Shown here piece by piece: positions 23,801 through 36,493 of a stretch of 64,000 nt of DNA. The translations under genes and the position numbers were made by a program. The stretch is from Rhizodiscina lignyota (taxonomy: Eukaryota), in the NCBI GenBank assembly GCA_010015805.1, contig ML978131.1, positions 744,001 to 808,000 on the forward strand, given 5' to 3'. The notes under the pieces were generated by a model. That model ran no database searches. It was given only the letters and a program-made list of their open reading frames with translations, and was not told the DNA's origin. How positions within the stretch are numbered: the stretch's first letter is position 1; each line of letters opens with the position of its first letter.

Positions 23801-24279
23801 ATGGTATGCTCTCATACCTAGCTTATACTACATCTGGATAACAATTTTGCAGCTCGACCGTCTAGTCGGCGCGATGATGCTCATCGTAGCATCCGCCGTC
23901 TTTCTCTACTACACCATATGGACTCTCATGATGGTAAATCCCTCTTCCGTATAAGCTGCAGCTCGAGGAACTACTCTCGGATTCCTTTCATTTCTGTTTC
24001 ACTTTTGATCCCTTAACTCCCCTTCCTGCACATCGCCGAAACCTTCTCGATGCATTCTGAATCGCATACCGTCTGCCCAAGCTGACCTTCGCCTCTTCTA
24101 AATAGCCGTTCGTCGATGAAGACCACCCTGCTCACTCTCTATTCCCTCCCCGGGTCTGGGCTATTCGTATACCTGTCATGATCATTCTCCTCGGCTGTGC
24201 GGTTGTCGGCTCGTTCATATCATTGGTTATGATCCGAAGTAATAGAAAGAAGGCTGCAAAGGCGAAGAAGAAGGCATGA
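23801..24279 (+). CDS. DPM2: Dolichol-phosphate mannosyltransferase regulatory subunit DPM2 (85 aa)
   Basis: Exons are 23801-23803 (ATG only), 23853-23933 and 24106-24279. Product: MLDRLVGAMMLIVASAVFLYYTIWTLMMPFVDEDHPAHSLFPPRVWAIRIPVMIILLG...KKAAKAKKKA. Not present in the ORF track. Confidence 0.93.
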
Positions 24280-25081
24280 ACGATAAAAGGTATCGAGAAA
24301 GAGGCGTCAAAGGCGATAGCGTGGGCAGCGGCAGGCGAAATACAATTGACATTTCGATAATTAAAACAACTTATGGAACAGCTTGCGCCCGAGAAATCTA
24401 GTTGCGGCAAGGTTCCTATACTCGGGAAACATTGGAGCGATCATTGCTTTTGCATGATGAACGGGCTTGTTCTATCTTCTAAGCAAACTTTGGGCGTTAG
24501 CTGGACAAGTAAAAGCCTTCATGTTGTACGAGTCAAGCTGGCATCGGAATGGAGGAAGGATAAACTTAACCAATTTGAGAGACAATCATATTGCATAATT
24601 AATCTAGCATGCATTACACAGTTGTATTTTATATGCCATGAAAAGTGTTTTCGAAAGCGCCGTCACTTGCTAAACATTTCTCCATTCTCGGCTAGACTTG
24701 CCACAAGCCCCGGGCGTTCTTATGACAGCATTGGCAGCTTAAACATCGACCTCGTTTCTTAACCTCCGAACCATCGAACAACCACCCACGTCTCAAACCT
24801 TACCTGCTCCTAGTGTCGCATCCATTCCGGGGAGGCGTTTGCCGATTTCATAAGCTGGTAAAAGAACTAAATACTTCAAGCTGATCGAAGATGGTTCTTC
24901 AAGCCTGCCGCCCATACGTCAATCGCTAGCTTGAAGCTCCTCTCAGGTTGCGATCGAACCCAAGCTTGGAGAACAACGCCACCATCTCTGTTCAGATAAT
25001 CCAATTCTTGCACCTGCAAATTAGCATCTACCCTTCGGCCATTATCCCTGCTTCGACTTTGAACTACCTCATTTCGGGAAA

Positions 25082-28000
25082 ATGGGGCTAGCCTTCCACG
25101 ACCGTCTCCTGCGGCGAGAGTTGGGGAATACAACGAGATACTCCGGAGTCCGAGGCATCTATGGCGATAAGAGATGGGTAGATGATCTTGATATTGTCAA
25201 TGAGCTTGATGGACATACGGGTTGTGTCAATGCTTTGAGGTACGGGGAAAGGCTGCGAATGCTTCAGACGAAGAGAATAATATGCTAATTGCTTGCTCTT
25301 TAGTTGGTCCAAATCTGGGACTCTTCTCGCTTCTGGATCCGATGACACTCGCATTCATATACATTCGTATCTCCCCGATGGTAGCACGTCTCAATTCAAT
25401 CTCGCTACCTCCATCGTCACCGGCCATACACAAAACATATTCTCCGTGAAGTTCATGCCCCATTCGAACGATCGTACCATCGTCTCTGTTGCTGGAGATG
25501 CTACCGTCCGTATTTTCGATGTCGAATACTCGAGGAATAGAGCTACGGCAGGATCGTCGTCGCGCTCCCCTCGCGATGGTGCAGTGTGGGAGAATACAAA
25601 CCATTTGAGCGAAGGAGATACCAATGCAAAAGTCTTTCGGTCTCACGGCGATCGTGTGAAGCGTATCGTCACAGAGTCTTCCCCATATTTCTTCCTCACT
25701 TGCTCTGAAGATGGTGAGGTGAGGCAGTGGGACCTGCGAGAGCCGGAATCGACCTATCCTGGCATATCAAGAAATCACCATTACGGCCCACGCTCAAATA
25801 CAAATAACGATAGAGTGCCTCCTCCTCTGATAAGTTACAAGCGATACAACATCGACCTCAATACGATCAGCTGCTCGCCAAGTCGGCCTTATTACATTGC
25901 TCTTGGCGGTAATCATCTTCACTGCTTTCTTCATGATCGTCGAATGCTAGGTCGCGACCTTCTGGCTGAACGTGGAACGAAAATATCCCCATCATCTTCC
26001 AAAACTGCCTCATCAAGAGATGATGAGCTGATGGCTCAAGCAACCCAATGCGTCCGTCGTTTCGCGCCCAATGGCCAACCCCGGATGGGAAGAACAGATA
26101 CTGGACATATCACAGCCTGCAAGATTAGTGATGCAAACCCAAACGAACTCATTGCAAGCTGGAGTGGAGATCACATCTACAGCTTCGACGTTATCAGGAG
26201 TCCAGACGCAAGAGAGGGAGTTGCGCGCTTGAAGAGCCCGTCGTCAACTGCAAAGAATGTGAACGGCAAGGTAAAAGAATCAAGAGATAGAAAGCGAAAG
26301 CGAGCAAAGGAAGGTTCAACTATGAGCCTTGAGGCTGCCGAGCGCGGTGGTAGCAGAGCAAGGACGAGTAGCGAGTCAGAACTGCACACAGAAGATGTGT
26401 CACTTCGAGTCAATTACGGTAATGGTCAAAGAGAAGAAATTCCAATCGAGCCTCCACGCGCTCGCAGTCCGGCCACGGAAGCCCGTGAGGCGGAGCTGCC
26501 AGACTTCCAACGACAGAGCTTCCGCATTGCAAAAGGCTCGGTATTGCTACGGAGATGCATCTTCGATCCAGATGCAATGACATCTGAATCTACCCCTTCG
26601 AGGAGATCAACAGCCACATCGTCTAACGCACCACCTTCTCAGTCACCTACAGTACATCCTTCTTCAAACGTAACTGCCTATAGTCGTGCCCTTACGGTTG
26701 CATCTTCTCTCATGCCTGAGATTGAAGATGTTATTCGTACATGGCGCTACCCCGTCAACCCTCTTCCAGTAGATGTGACATTTCAACGCAAACTTCGCAT
26801 CGATCGAGAAAAGTCAGCACGCTTTGTCCAAGCGACAGGTACCCTCGCACGAGTACTCGGTGGCAGGATTCGGACTCTTGGTGGTGCAAATGCCGACGCT
26901 GCGAAAATGGAATTGTTCAGCCACATTAAGGCCGCACTAAATGAGAGTCACCCTGTGCCGCAGCATGAACAGTTTGGCTATGATTTCCTGAAAGCCATCT
27001 GCCTGTGGCTGGACAGCGGTCCAGGAGGTGTTGTCCGAAACTTTACCAAAGGCTCTGGGGTGCGCAATTCACCGCGCTTTCCAATTGTTCCGGAATCTGC
27101 AGATGGAGAAGCCAGCATCGATGCCCTCGACGAGCAGCTGATCCCATACCTGCTGGGCCTAGCAAGTGACAAGCCTGTCTTGAACATTGATGCTAGTCCA
27201 TTCGAGCTTGACGAACGTACCGTCGTCTTTGAGAGCGAGACTGCTGCGGTCCTTTCCTTTGCACAGGCAGTGAAGATTCCATTCGAGGATCTCACCACAG
27301 GGGCCATCATTCCAGCGTCGCCAACCGCAGCAGATAGGGTGGCAGCACAAGACCGGAAAACCGCTTTGCGATTCTGGGGGCTGAAGGTAGCAAGGGGTAT
27401 CCTAATGAATGCTTCCGAGGGAGTAGATTTCAGATTGGTGGATCATGCTTTCGGCGGTCTTGGCAGGCCGGATGCGAGTATAAAAGAAGATGAGAAGGAA
27501 CTTGCGAGACTCGGAAAACGCATCAATCCTGAGGAAGAAGAGGAAGAGGTTCAGGAAGCAAGCTTGGTTACTAGGATGGCTGCACCCACTAGCTCGAGAG
27601 AAGATGAAGAGCCAATTGGTAGCGAGGCTGCAGAAGAGCGTGCAGAAGAGCAGGCAGAACGTGAAGTCCGAGTGCCACTAAATGTATTGGCGAACTTGCT
27701 CACCGAAAATGTCGAGATTGAGGATGAGGATGACATCGACACGGGAGAAATCATCGAAATTGAGGAAGCTGAAGATGAAGAGGATGATGAAGACGTGGAC
27801 ATGGAAAATACCGCCAATGACTCATCTGGTGAAGAAGAGGAAGAAGATGAAGGCAGTAGCGATGACGATGACGGGCCACACCATGTGCTCTACCGCTCAG
27901 GGCGCATGAGAAATCTCCGAAAGTCACGTGTTAATGCCGATACGCCGGTATCCTCTCATACGCGCTCTTATGAAGGACATTGCAATGTTAAGACTGTCAA

Positions 28001-28842
28001 GGATGTCAATTTCTTCGGTCTACAGGACGAATATGTGGTGTCTGGCTCCGATTCAGGACACCTCTTCATTTGGGATCGGAAGACCGCGAAGCTTGTGAAC
28101 ATTCTCGAAGGCGATGGGGAAGTCGTCAATGTTATCCAGAGCCACCCTTATGAGCCAATGATTGCAGTGAGCGGCATTGATCATACGATCAAGATCTTCT
28201 CGCCAGATGCGAGAGCCAGACGAGATGCTCGTTTGGGCATCGGTGTTCGAAAAGTCGACGAAAGCGACTTCTCAAGCATTCAAGGACTTGGTCTGGGACG
28301 GCGTAGAAGGAGGACCAGAGCTGCTGATCCTAGTCCTCCAGCCGTAAATGAGGCCGAGGCTCAAGCGGCTGCTGAGCGCAGGACATGGGCTGAAGTCGAA
28401 GGTGACAGCGAGGAGGAAGATGGAAATGGCAGTGTGCCACCAGTTGCAGATGGCGGTTTGAGCAGCAAGAAGCGCATGTGGGACGAGTATCGCATTCGCA
28501 GTCAGAATGATTCAGATCGCAGAGGCAACAACAGAGGAGAGTATATCTCGGTGAGTATGGCTCTTGCTTGGTTTCTGAACCTCGCATAGTGCGTGAGAGC
28601 ACCACCGCGTTGATTCAACATGATTCACTAACATATAGAGTTCAGAGGAGTATGATTCAACTTCTGATGGGTCGTCTGAGGGAGGAGCTAGTGGAAACTG
28701 AAGACGGAGGTGGTGGCGAAGGTGAAATGCCACGAACGTTAGTACTAGATGAGGATCGATGCGCGGTAAGTCTGGCTCTCGCGTGGCAGTCTACCCTTGG
28801 CCAATCCTCGATCGATAGCTGACCATTCGACAGACGATGTGA
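25082..28842 (+). CDS. WD40-repeat DDB1-CUL4-associated factor, DCAF8/DCAF6-like
   Basis: Motifs include LDGHTGCVNAL, LASGSDD, GHTQNIFSVKF, SEDGEVRQWDLR, YEGHCNVKTVKDVNF, SGSDSG..FIWD and AVSGIDHTIKIF. Introns at about 25240-25303, 28551-28645 and 28766-28833. Confidence 0.9.
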
Positions 28843-29419
28843 TGATATTACGAGGCAAGTAATGGCTGCGACAACACTCGCAGAACAACACGAAATTCAA
28901 AATGGTATCAAATTTTCCTGCAGTTGAGGACACGATGATATCAACTGGGCTCATCTGCATGCATGGAGTCCAATACCCTTCGTTCTAGGAAGATGAATTA
29001 CCATTGGCATGTACAATAAAAGCAAGTTAATTGTGCGTGCTACAAAATAATAAAAGCTGCATCTGCACGACATATGGTGGCGTCTATCCTTTACCCATTT
29101 TGCGGTGTCACGATGGTGTGGTCTTGATCCGGTTAGTGCGCCCGATTTCGCATACAGACGGCTTGATGATTAAGACGCCATTTGGATTTGCTTTTGGTGT
29201 TAGGCGCTTTATCTATTTATCGCGTAGCTCCTCTGCTAAGGTCTCGTGAACATCCTGCTTTCTTTTGCACCATCGCGATCTACGGGCCGAACTCCCGTTT
29301 CCAACCGGCCGAGTTCAAACTTTTCCACTACTAATAAGGTACCCACCTTTTGCGATTTTTCCACTACAACAACTCAATCTTCTCTGTAGCTCGACAGAAT
29401 CAATTCAATTCAGCGCAAA

Positions 29420-31525
29420 ATGAGCGTCCACAGCCGCCGTTCCTCGATCGGCGCCACGCCGCTAAACCCTGGCGACATCAAGCCCAACAATCCGCTCCAG
29501 GCCGACTTCGACGCCGAAGACACCAGCAGCCTGGACTCTGACGAGCGCTATTTGGTATGGCTCAGCGGGAGCTAGGAGCAGAATCTGGTCGATAGTTTGA
29601 AATCAGAGTACATCCTTCAGCGCACTCAGTGAGTAGATTAACCAGGCATCAAGTAAGCGTCATGGCACGCGGGTGTCCGCTTCAGATACCACTTGTGCTT
29701 CATTCACAGGAGCACAAGTACGGTGATGATGTCGGGCTGAGATAACACCGCTCTTGAACTTGATCGCATTCATATGCGCGGAAGGAGATGCTATGACCAA
29801 TATCGATCGATGCTACCTATCCCTCCCTTTACTTCTTCTAACAATGACAGTGAGTGCTAATAACATCCAAGCGTGCCTTGGGCTACAAGCAGGTAGGTGG
29901 GAATATCCGGTTAACCTAACAGATATACTAATCCCATGCAGTCCCTCCATCGCCAATGGAAGTTCTTTGAGAGCTTTGCAGCCAGCTTCGGTTTGTGTCG
30001 AATGTGAACAGCAATATCGATACAAATCTCTAACATTATTTAGCTGCGCTCTACTCCGTTGGTGGTATCCGAACAACTTTCACGATCGGTGTTGGGGCTG
30101 GTGGTCCGGCAGCTTACTGGTTCGGTACTCACGGGAGAAATTAACTGTACACTTGCTGACATCCATACCAGGTCAAGCTACGTGGTTACATGCATCTTCG
30201 TCTTCATCACTGCCGCTGTCCTGGCCGAGATCTGCAGTGCCCTTCCGGCAGCAGGATCAATCTACTTCTGGGCTGCTGAAGCTGGTGGACGCCGTTATGG
30301 TAGACTCTTCGGCTTCATAGTTGCATGGTGGAGCACCACTGCCTGGACGACCTTCGTTGCGAGCAACTGCCAAGCTGCTGCGAACTTTCTGCTTTCCGAG
30401 ATCACTGTCTTCAACCTGTCATTCTCCACAGACACGAACGATATCAAGTTCCGCGCCGTCCAGTGGATTGTTTCAGAGTGCTTCTTGTGCATTTCCATTG
30501 GAATGAACTATCTTGATCCAAAGACGTACAAGTATATCTTCCGGATCGCGACGTACATCATTCTGCTGGACTTTGTATTGAACATTATCTGGCTTCCAAT
30601 CGGCGTATCGAAGACTTATGGCTTCCACGATGCGAAGTATGTCTTCACGCAGACCTACAACGAGACTGGAGCGCCGCCTGTCTGGAACTGGATGCTGAGC
30701 TACTTTGTCACTGCGGGCATTCTGGTCGGCTTCGAGGCATCTGGCCACATTTCTGAGGAGACGAAGAACGCCAGTGTGACCGCAGCCAAGGGCATCTTCT
30801 GGTCCGCCGTTGCTTCCGCGGTCATCGGCTTTCCGCTGGTCATTCTCTTCCTCTTCTGTTTGCCATCTCTCGATGTCCTCTACGACCTTGATGCACCCCA
30901 GCCATTCGTTAGTATTTATGCGATGTCATTGGGGCGCGGCGGTCATATCTTCATGAACATTGTCTGCATCTTTGGCTTGATCTTCAATACCACCGTCGCA
31001 GGAGTCGCGAGCTCACGCTTGATTTGGGCAGTGGCCAGAGATGGCGTGCTCCCATTCTCAGGCTGGATCTCGGCTGTCTCCGACAAGAAAGAGCCAAAGA
31101 ACGCTATCATTGTCATGCATGCTGTTGCAGCGCTTTTGCTATGTACAATCCTGCCTTCTCCTGTCGCGTTCACTTCCCTCGTCAGCGCTGCTGGAGTTCC
31201 GACAATCACGGCGTACGCGCTCATCGCATTTGGTCGCACGTTCATTACTCCGCACAACTTCCGCCACGCTGCCTGGTCTCTGGGCCGCTGGTCTCGTCCG
31301 ATGACAGCTATTGCACTCATCTGGAACTTGTATCTGGCCGCCGTTCTCTTCTCTCCGCTCGAGTTCCCGGTCACATCGGATACGTTCAACTACTCGCCTG
31401 TCATCTTTGGCACAATCACGATCTTCGGCATTGTGACATGGTTGGTACTCCCTGAGGACAAGTGGCTCCCTGCTGCTAGGCTTGGAAAGGTGCATCAGCT
31501 TGACGATGAGTACAATGGAGCGTGA
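29420..31525 (+). CDS. APC-superfamily (ACT/GABA-permease-like) transporter, probable Thi9-like thiamine or precursor transporter
   Basis: Exon 1 is 29420-29554, followed by a 21-nt microexon 29872-29892 (RALGYKQ), two further short exons and the main exon. Motifs include LAEICSALPAAGSIYFW, GFEASGHISEET, SRLIWAVARDGVLPFS and FNY. Intron 1 contains a TPP aptamer. Confidence 0.92.
29659..29797 (+). ncRNA. TPP (thiamine pyrophosphate) riboswitch aptamer, intronic
   Basis: P1 gtcatggca/tgctatgac, P2 gcgg/ccgc, P3 gtccg/cgggc with an inserted hairpin acttgtgcttc/ggagcacaagt. Conserved CTGAGA and GAACTTGATC are present, with P5 cgca-ttcata-tgcg and GCGGAAGG. Confidence 0.93.
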
Positions 31526-32494
31526 TGTGGTGTCATTGCTCTGCATTGTGATTCTCAGCTACGGATGCTGCGTTTTGGAGGACGATTGGATCGGTATGGG
31601 GGTGGTCGGGGGCTACTTGGTGAGAAGGCTGCCTAGCCTTGAAGGAGCTTTGCTGTTTGGGCAAGATACTGAGATGCTCTTGTGCAGCTCAGTCTGGTGG
31701 CTTAGATTGATGGACTTTTTTTTGTCGGTGTTACTCGCCGTGTTTTGCTCACAGGCATCTCGATAAAGATCTGCGTAACGGACAAGCTCTTGACGTTCGT
31801 TTTGCCCAAATGATGACAACTCCACCATTTTTCAATAGCCCTGCAATTGACTTCTGTCTTCTCTCAAAAGTGAAAGCACCCTCCTGCATTCTTTTCCGCT
31901 AGGCTCCTCAAGAAGAAACTAAATGACTTCCGAATCGAAGCCCGACCAGCATGTTGCGCATAGATTGTCTAGGAAAGTTCCAGCGATTAGGAAAGGAGCA
32001 ATCAACCCTGCCATCAGGCTGATAGAAAGGCGCCTGTCAAGCCGGTGGTGGAAGCGGCCTTTGGCGAAAATCTCCGGAAAACCTGCAGGAGGGAGCAAAT
32101 ATTTTAGTGGCTTATGGTCCCACAAAGCTGTAAAATAAACTGTCGAGAAGAGACAGAAGTCCGCGTCTCGTACGAAGGAGCTTGTAGGCAGTATCGCTCC
32201 AGGCGATAGATTTAGGTGGAGATGTCAGTTTTAGGTGGAGTGAGCCCCTGGAAATGGGCGATGTCCAGGTGCCTCTTCACATCATCAGCGGCGGTGCCAA
32301 GGTGGGAATCCCCGTGATGGCGCGACAACGGCGCGTTTCGATAACGCATTCAACACGCTTGACGCGGCCTTCCATTCATTCATCCTTCTTTTCAGAGCTC
32401 TGCGATTCCAAATCTAAGCATCGATTCAACATCTCCTTCATTACAAGAGAGACTGCCCAAAAGTACTCGTATTGAGCCTTGATATCGTAGCACC

Positions 32495-33997
32495 ATGCCG
32501 CCAGATCTCCCACCGGAGCTCTGGATACGCGTTGTCGAACTTGATCTTGATAATAGATGGAACATGTGGCAGACTTGGCTCAGCGACTATCGACATGTTT
32601 CACGCCTTTTCAAAGATGCCGTGGAGCTGCCTTACATTCAGAAACTCGTCGAGAACATGGGTGTTAATTTCGACCCGGGCGTGATTGACGACGAAAGCCT
32701 AGGACAGGATTACCCCCCAATAGAGGACGTACCGGACGACATTGTCTCTGAAGCCAAATCCACATCTGATTCTGATTCCGAAATGTCAGCTGACGGTGAG
32801 ATCGACATATCTTCCCTGCCTCTCAATGGTCCTCCACAAGGCCTGCTTCTACGATTCGATAGGTTGCAATGCGAATACGCCCAGCAATGTAAAGGACGCT
32901 GTGGCCGCCAAGGCAGCTGCCACCGCGACGGCCGTATAGCCGTAGTCAGCAGAAAGATTCCCAGTTCCTCGAAGCATTTGACGGTAATCCGAAAACTCCT
33001 CAAGAGCACAATGGCCGAACTTCCAAACGGACTTGGCAGTCATCGACGTCTGTTTGTTCAGTTCGAACGCGTTTTCATGTCAACAGACCTTTTGCCTGCG
33101 GATCTGCATTTCTTTGAAGAACGATCAGAAGATGGAGACGTAAAGATATGCCTGTCCTTCGATTGGCGGCGGTACCTCACAACGTTCCTGCGGGAGGAGC
33201 GCGAGGTTGCTTTAGAGAACCACAAATTTGTACGCACAACTACACCACGCGATTTTAAATGAATGCTAACTCGATCAAAGCAAACAGCCGTTATGGCATA
33301 TAGGGCGATCATCCATTTCAAAGCAGAAAATGGTGAAATTAATGGAACGGAACGTGAAGATTTGATCATGGATCCACAAATGAGTGAAATTCTCTTGGAG
33401 CATCGTGAACGCGGCAAGCGGATTGCCCGTCGACGCCGCGAGGAGAATATTGCACAGCGAAAGCACTGGGGCTCTTTTACTACAAATGAATCCCGCCGGG
33501 CACTCAGACCCCACATTCAGTTGACAGAGGACCTTTCCATTCGCAAGTGGATACATATGCACCAGTACTGGGACGTTGAGAGACGCATCTGGAGTGAGAT
33601 GGATGGTTGGGGACGAGACATCATGTTTGCGCATGACGGAGAAGAATGGGCTGCAGAAGAGAGCCCGGTAAAGGGCGATTCCTTCCACGAGAACTCCAAA
33701 TGGTTGTATTTCCACGTTCTTCGAGCTGTGGACGACGAGTATGAAGCCAGTCAAGTCACGAACTTCCTACGAGAGGATGAGGTGCTCCAGCCTCACAAAG
33801 AGAAATGGGACTCGTGGATAACAGCAATTCGCGACGAGTACAGTGACTTTCATACCGTAGTGGACTGGGATGACCCCGCAGGCTATGAAATGACTCGTGA
33901 GGCTTTGGATGAGGATATTGAAGATGACGATCGGTACGACCAGGAACTTGCTTGGGCACGAGGAGACATTTTTGGACCGTACCCGGAATTTCTCTAG
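32495..33997 (+). CDS. Hypothetical protein with an F-box-like N-terminus
   Basis: Starts MPPDLPPELWIRVVEL...YRHVSRLFK, an F-box-like pattern. One intron at about 33230-33280 joins the 255-aa and 244-aa ORFs in frame. Confidence 0.75.
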
Positions 33998-34957
33998 CCA
34001 CATCCCTTGCCTGTACACAGTGCGGGCAACAGACTGCACTGTTTTAAACGGTCAGTTCTGCCGGCTTATTTCAAAGTAAAGTGTATATTCTATCGCGTTT
34101 GAGAGACGGTCGGTTGGGGTGGCGTTAACTCATGTACAGTATATTCTAGTGTATTTCAGTTCCGCACGATGAAATGTTCTCGTGGGAACAGCTGAATTCT
34201 CATCACCTTCTGGGCAGGTCGGAGTAATATAGCGCTTTCATCGAATGCCAAATTCTAAAGACCCTGTCACTATTATGTTAATTCACTTCACCCATCTTGA
34301 ATCTAGGATCCCGAAGTATCCCATCAAGACTGATCTATCGAGAGTTTCAGCTGTTAGGAATGGCCAGTGGAATGAACATACATAAGAAGAGTGCCGCTCA
34401 TAATGTTATTTGTGATTCCTCTAAATAAACGCTCTGACACGTAGGAGAATGTGTATTGACAATGTCACTGATGCTAAAATTCAAACGAATGGTAAATGCC
34501 AAGTGACTTGCTGGATTAGGAAGAAACCTCCTTGACCTCCGCAACGAAAATTCGTAGCCAAGATTTGTCCAAGCCAACTTCGATTCACAATGCTTTGTTC
34601 CAAGTCCGGGTTCTCGGCAAGCCACCCGCCGTGGGATACCTATTATGTCGCTTCGGCTTCAAGTCCGGGGACTTCATCGGCATCTTCTCCTTGCTCTCTT
34701 ACCAACCGAATCGATCATCGAACTCGATTGCCACTCAAGTATCGCTTAACAGAACTTGGCAATTAACTACCGCACGGGCTAGCTCCGATTCAATTGCCGT
34801 ACGCTGATAAATACCAACGCCACGGCCACGGTTCTGAACCTCGTGAATTTAATATCTTCAAGGGACGTACATAAAAGAGCAAGGCCTTATTCGAAGAAGC
34901 AGTCCATTAACGACGAATTGGATCACCCAAGGTAGCACCCAATACGCAAATAATATT

Positions 34958-35899
34958 ATGGCCGGAAAACTCGCAATCATCGGCGCCTCAGGGAAATGTG
35001 GAGGCGCAACGCTGAACGCTCTCCTCGAGAACAGCCTCATCCCGGCCTCTCAGATCGTAACCTTGACAACGTCACAGCCAGGGGATGAAAAATGGACAGC
35101 ACTCTCGTCAAAAGGCGTCGAAGTCCGACACGCCTCATTCGAAGATCCAGCTTCAATGGAGAAGGGCCTCCAAGGAATCTCCCGTCTATTTCTCGTGTCA
35201 TCGCCGCGCATCAAACTCGACTTCAACGAAGCGCCACACGGCCAAGGCAGAGAGAAGGACCATTTCGTCGCAATTGATGCGGCGCGCAAGAGCGGGGTCA
35301 AGCATGTCTACTATACCTCTCTGGCGTTCCAGAACCCGAGCAAGAGCCGCGTGATGAAAGCGCACGAGCGCACCGAGGCGTATCTGAAGGGGCTGTCCGA
35401 CATCGACTGGACGATCATCCGTGAGGGGCTGTATAACGAATCGTGGCCACTGTATCTCGGGCACTATAAAATCGGCGCTGATGGCCGCTCTGAAATCGTT
35501 GTGGCGGGTGACGGCCCGATTTGCTGGACGAGCATACCTGATCTCGGGCTGGCCAGCGCACTTGTTCTTGCTGCGCCAGCTGAGCAGTATGTTGGGAAGA
35601 CGTTCTATCTCTCTCAGACGAAGAGCCCGAAGACGCTGAAAGAGATTGCGGACATGGTCTCAGCGGCGACGGGGAAGAAACTTACACTCAAGGTCGTTCC
35701 GAGGTCAGAGCACGAGGAGCATCATATTGGTAGAGGTCTTGATGAGGGACATATCAGGTGGTGGGCGAAGAGTTACGATGCGGTGAAAGATGGCGAGTGC
35801 CTCATCACAGATACGACGCTGGAGGATCTGTTAAGCAGCAAGGGCAGGACGCCAAAGCCGGTGGAGCAAACGATAAGAGAGATGCTGGGTGTTGCATAA
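34958..35899 (+). CDS. NmrA-like / atypical SDR NAD(P)-binding protein
   Basis: Intronless 313-aa ORF with a Rossmann motif IIGASGKCG, plus GVKHVYYTS, H..TE.YL and WTIIREGLY. Confidence 0.9.
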   Translation: MAGKLAIIGASGKCGGATLNALLENSLIPASQIVTLTTSQPGDEKWTALSSKGVEVRHASFEDPASMEKGLQGISRLFLVSSPRIKLDFNEAPHGQGREKDHFVAIDAARKSGVKHVYYTSLAFQNPSKSRVMKAHERTEAYLKGLSDIDWTIIREGLYNESWPLYLGHYKIGADGRSEIVVAGDGPICWTSIPDLGLASALVLAAPAEQYVGKTFYLSQTKSPKTLKEIADMVSAATGKKLTLKVVPRSEHEEHHIGRGLDEGHIRWWAKSYDAVKDGECLITDTTLEDLLSSKGRTPKPVEQTIREMLGVA

Positions 35900-36493
35900 T
35901 GCCCCAACAGCTCGCAGAGGGTAACGTTTAATCTCGATAGAAACTTGAATGCCTATCTCTGGGTGCATATACATCCAAAATACTACCAGTGAATGGCGCT
36001 CCAGCTATATCGCTACTGCTATGCGCACATTCGCATTTCTCTAAAGTGACATCGACTTCTGCAACAGCAGAGTCGCCAGCAGCTTCTCTCCCCTCACCTC
36101 GCAAATCTAGCCAAGTCTCGTGCGTCTAGAGGAGGCTCCCGTAATCACCATACGGGTCGCTCGCAATGCGTACAACGCGCCCTTAGCTTTCTGCGAGGTC
36201 CACGGAAGCTACACATCAGTTCCAGAGATACTTTATCTTGCTTTTCTACACTTCGTGTCACAGGGGTAACGGCATACTTCGCTAATTGCTCATGAGTCTC
36301 GTCGCTGTGCACGTCATGCGTTAAACAGTTATGAACGTGTCATCGTAGCTGACTCGTTGCACTCGATCACAGCGACCCGCAGCATCCTTGTCCTTGTCCT
36401 CAACGCTGTAGACGAGAGAACTGTCCAGTCACTGAGTGCAGGAGTTGATTACTTCGTCAGGGCGATCGTGTCCGTCGATGCGTATAGCATGTC

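Noticed and set aside
29554..29871. Possible stwintron (G|GTATGG...CAG|TGAGT recreating a GTGAGT donor)
   Set aside because: The external intron would be only 22 nt, too short to splice, and its removal would shift the frame.
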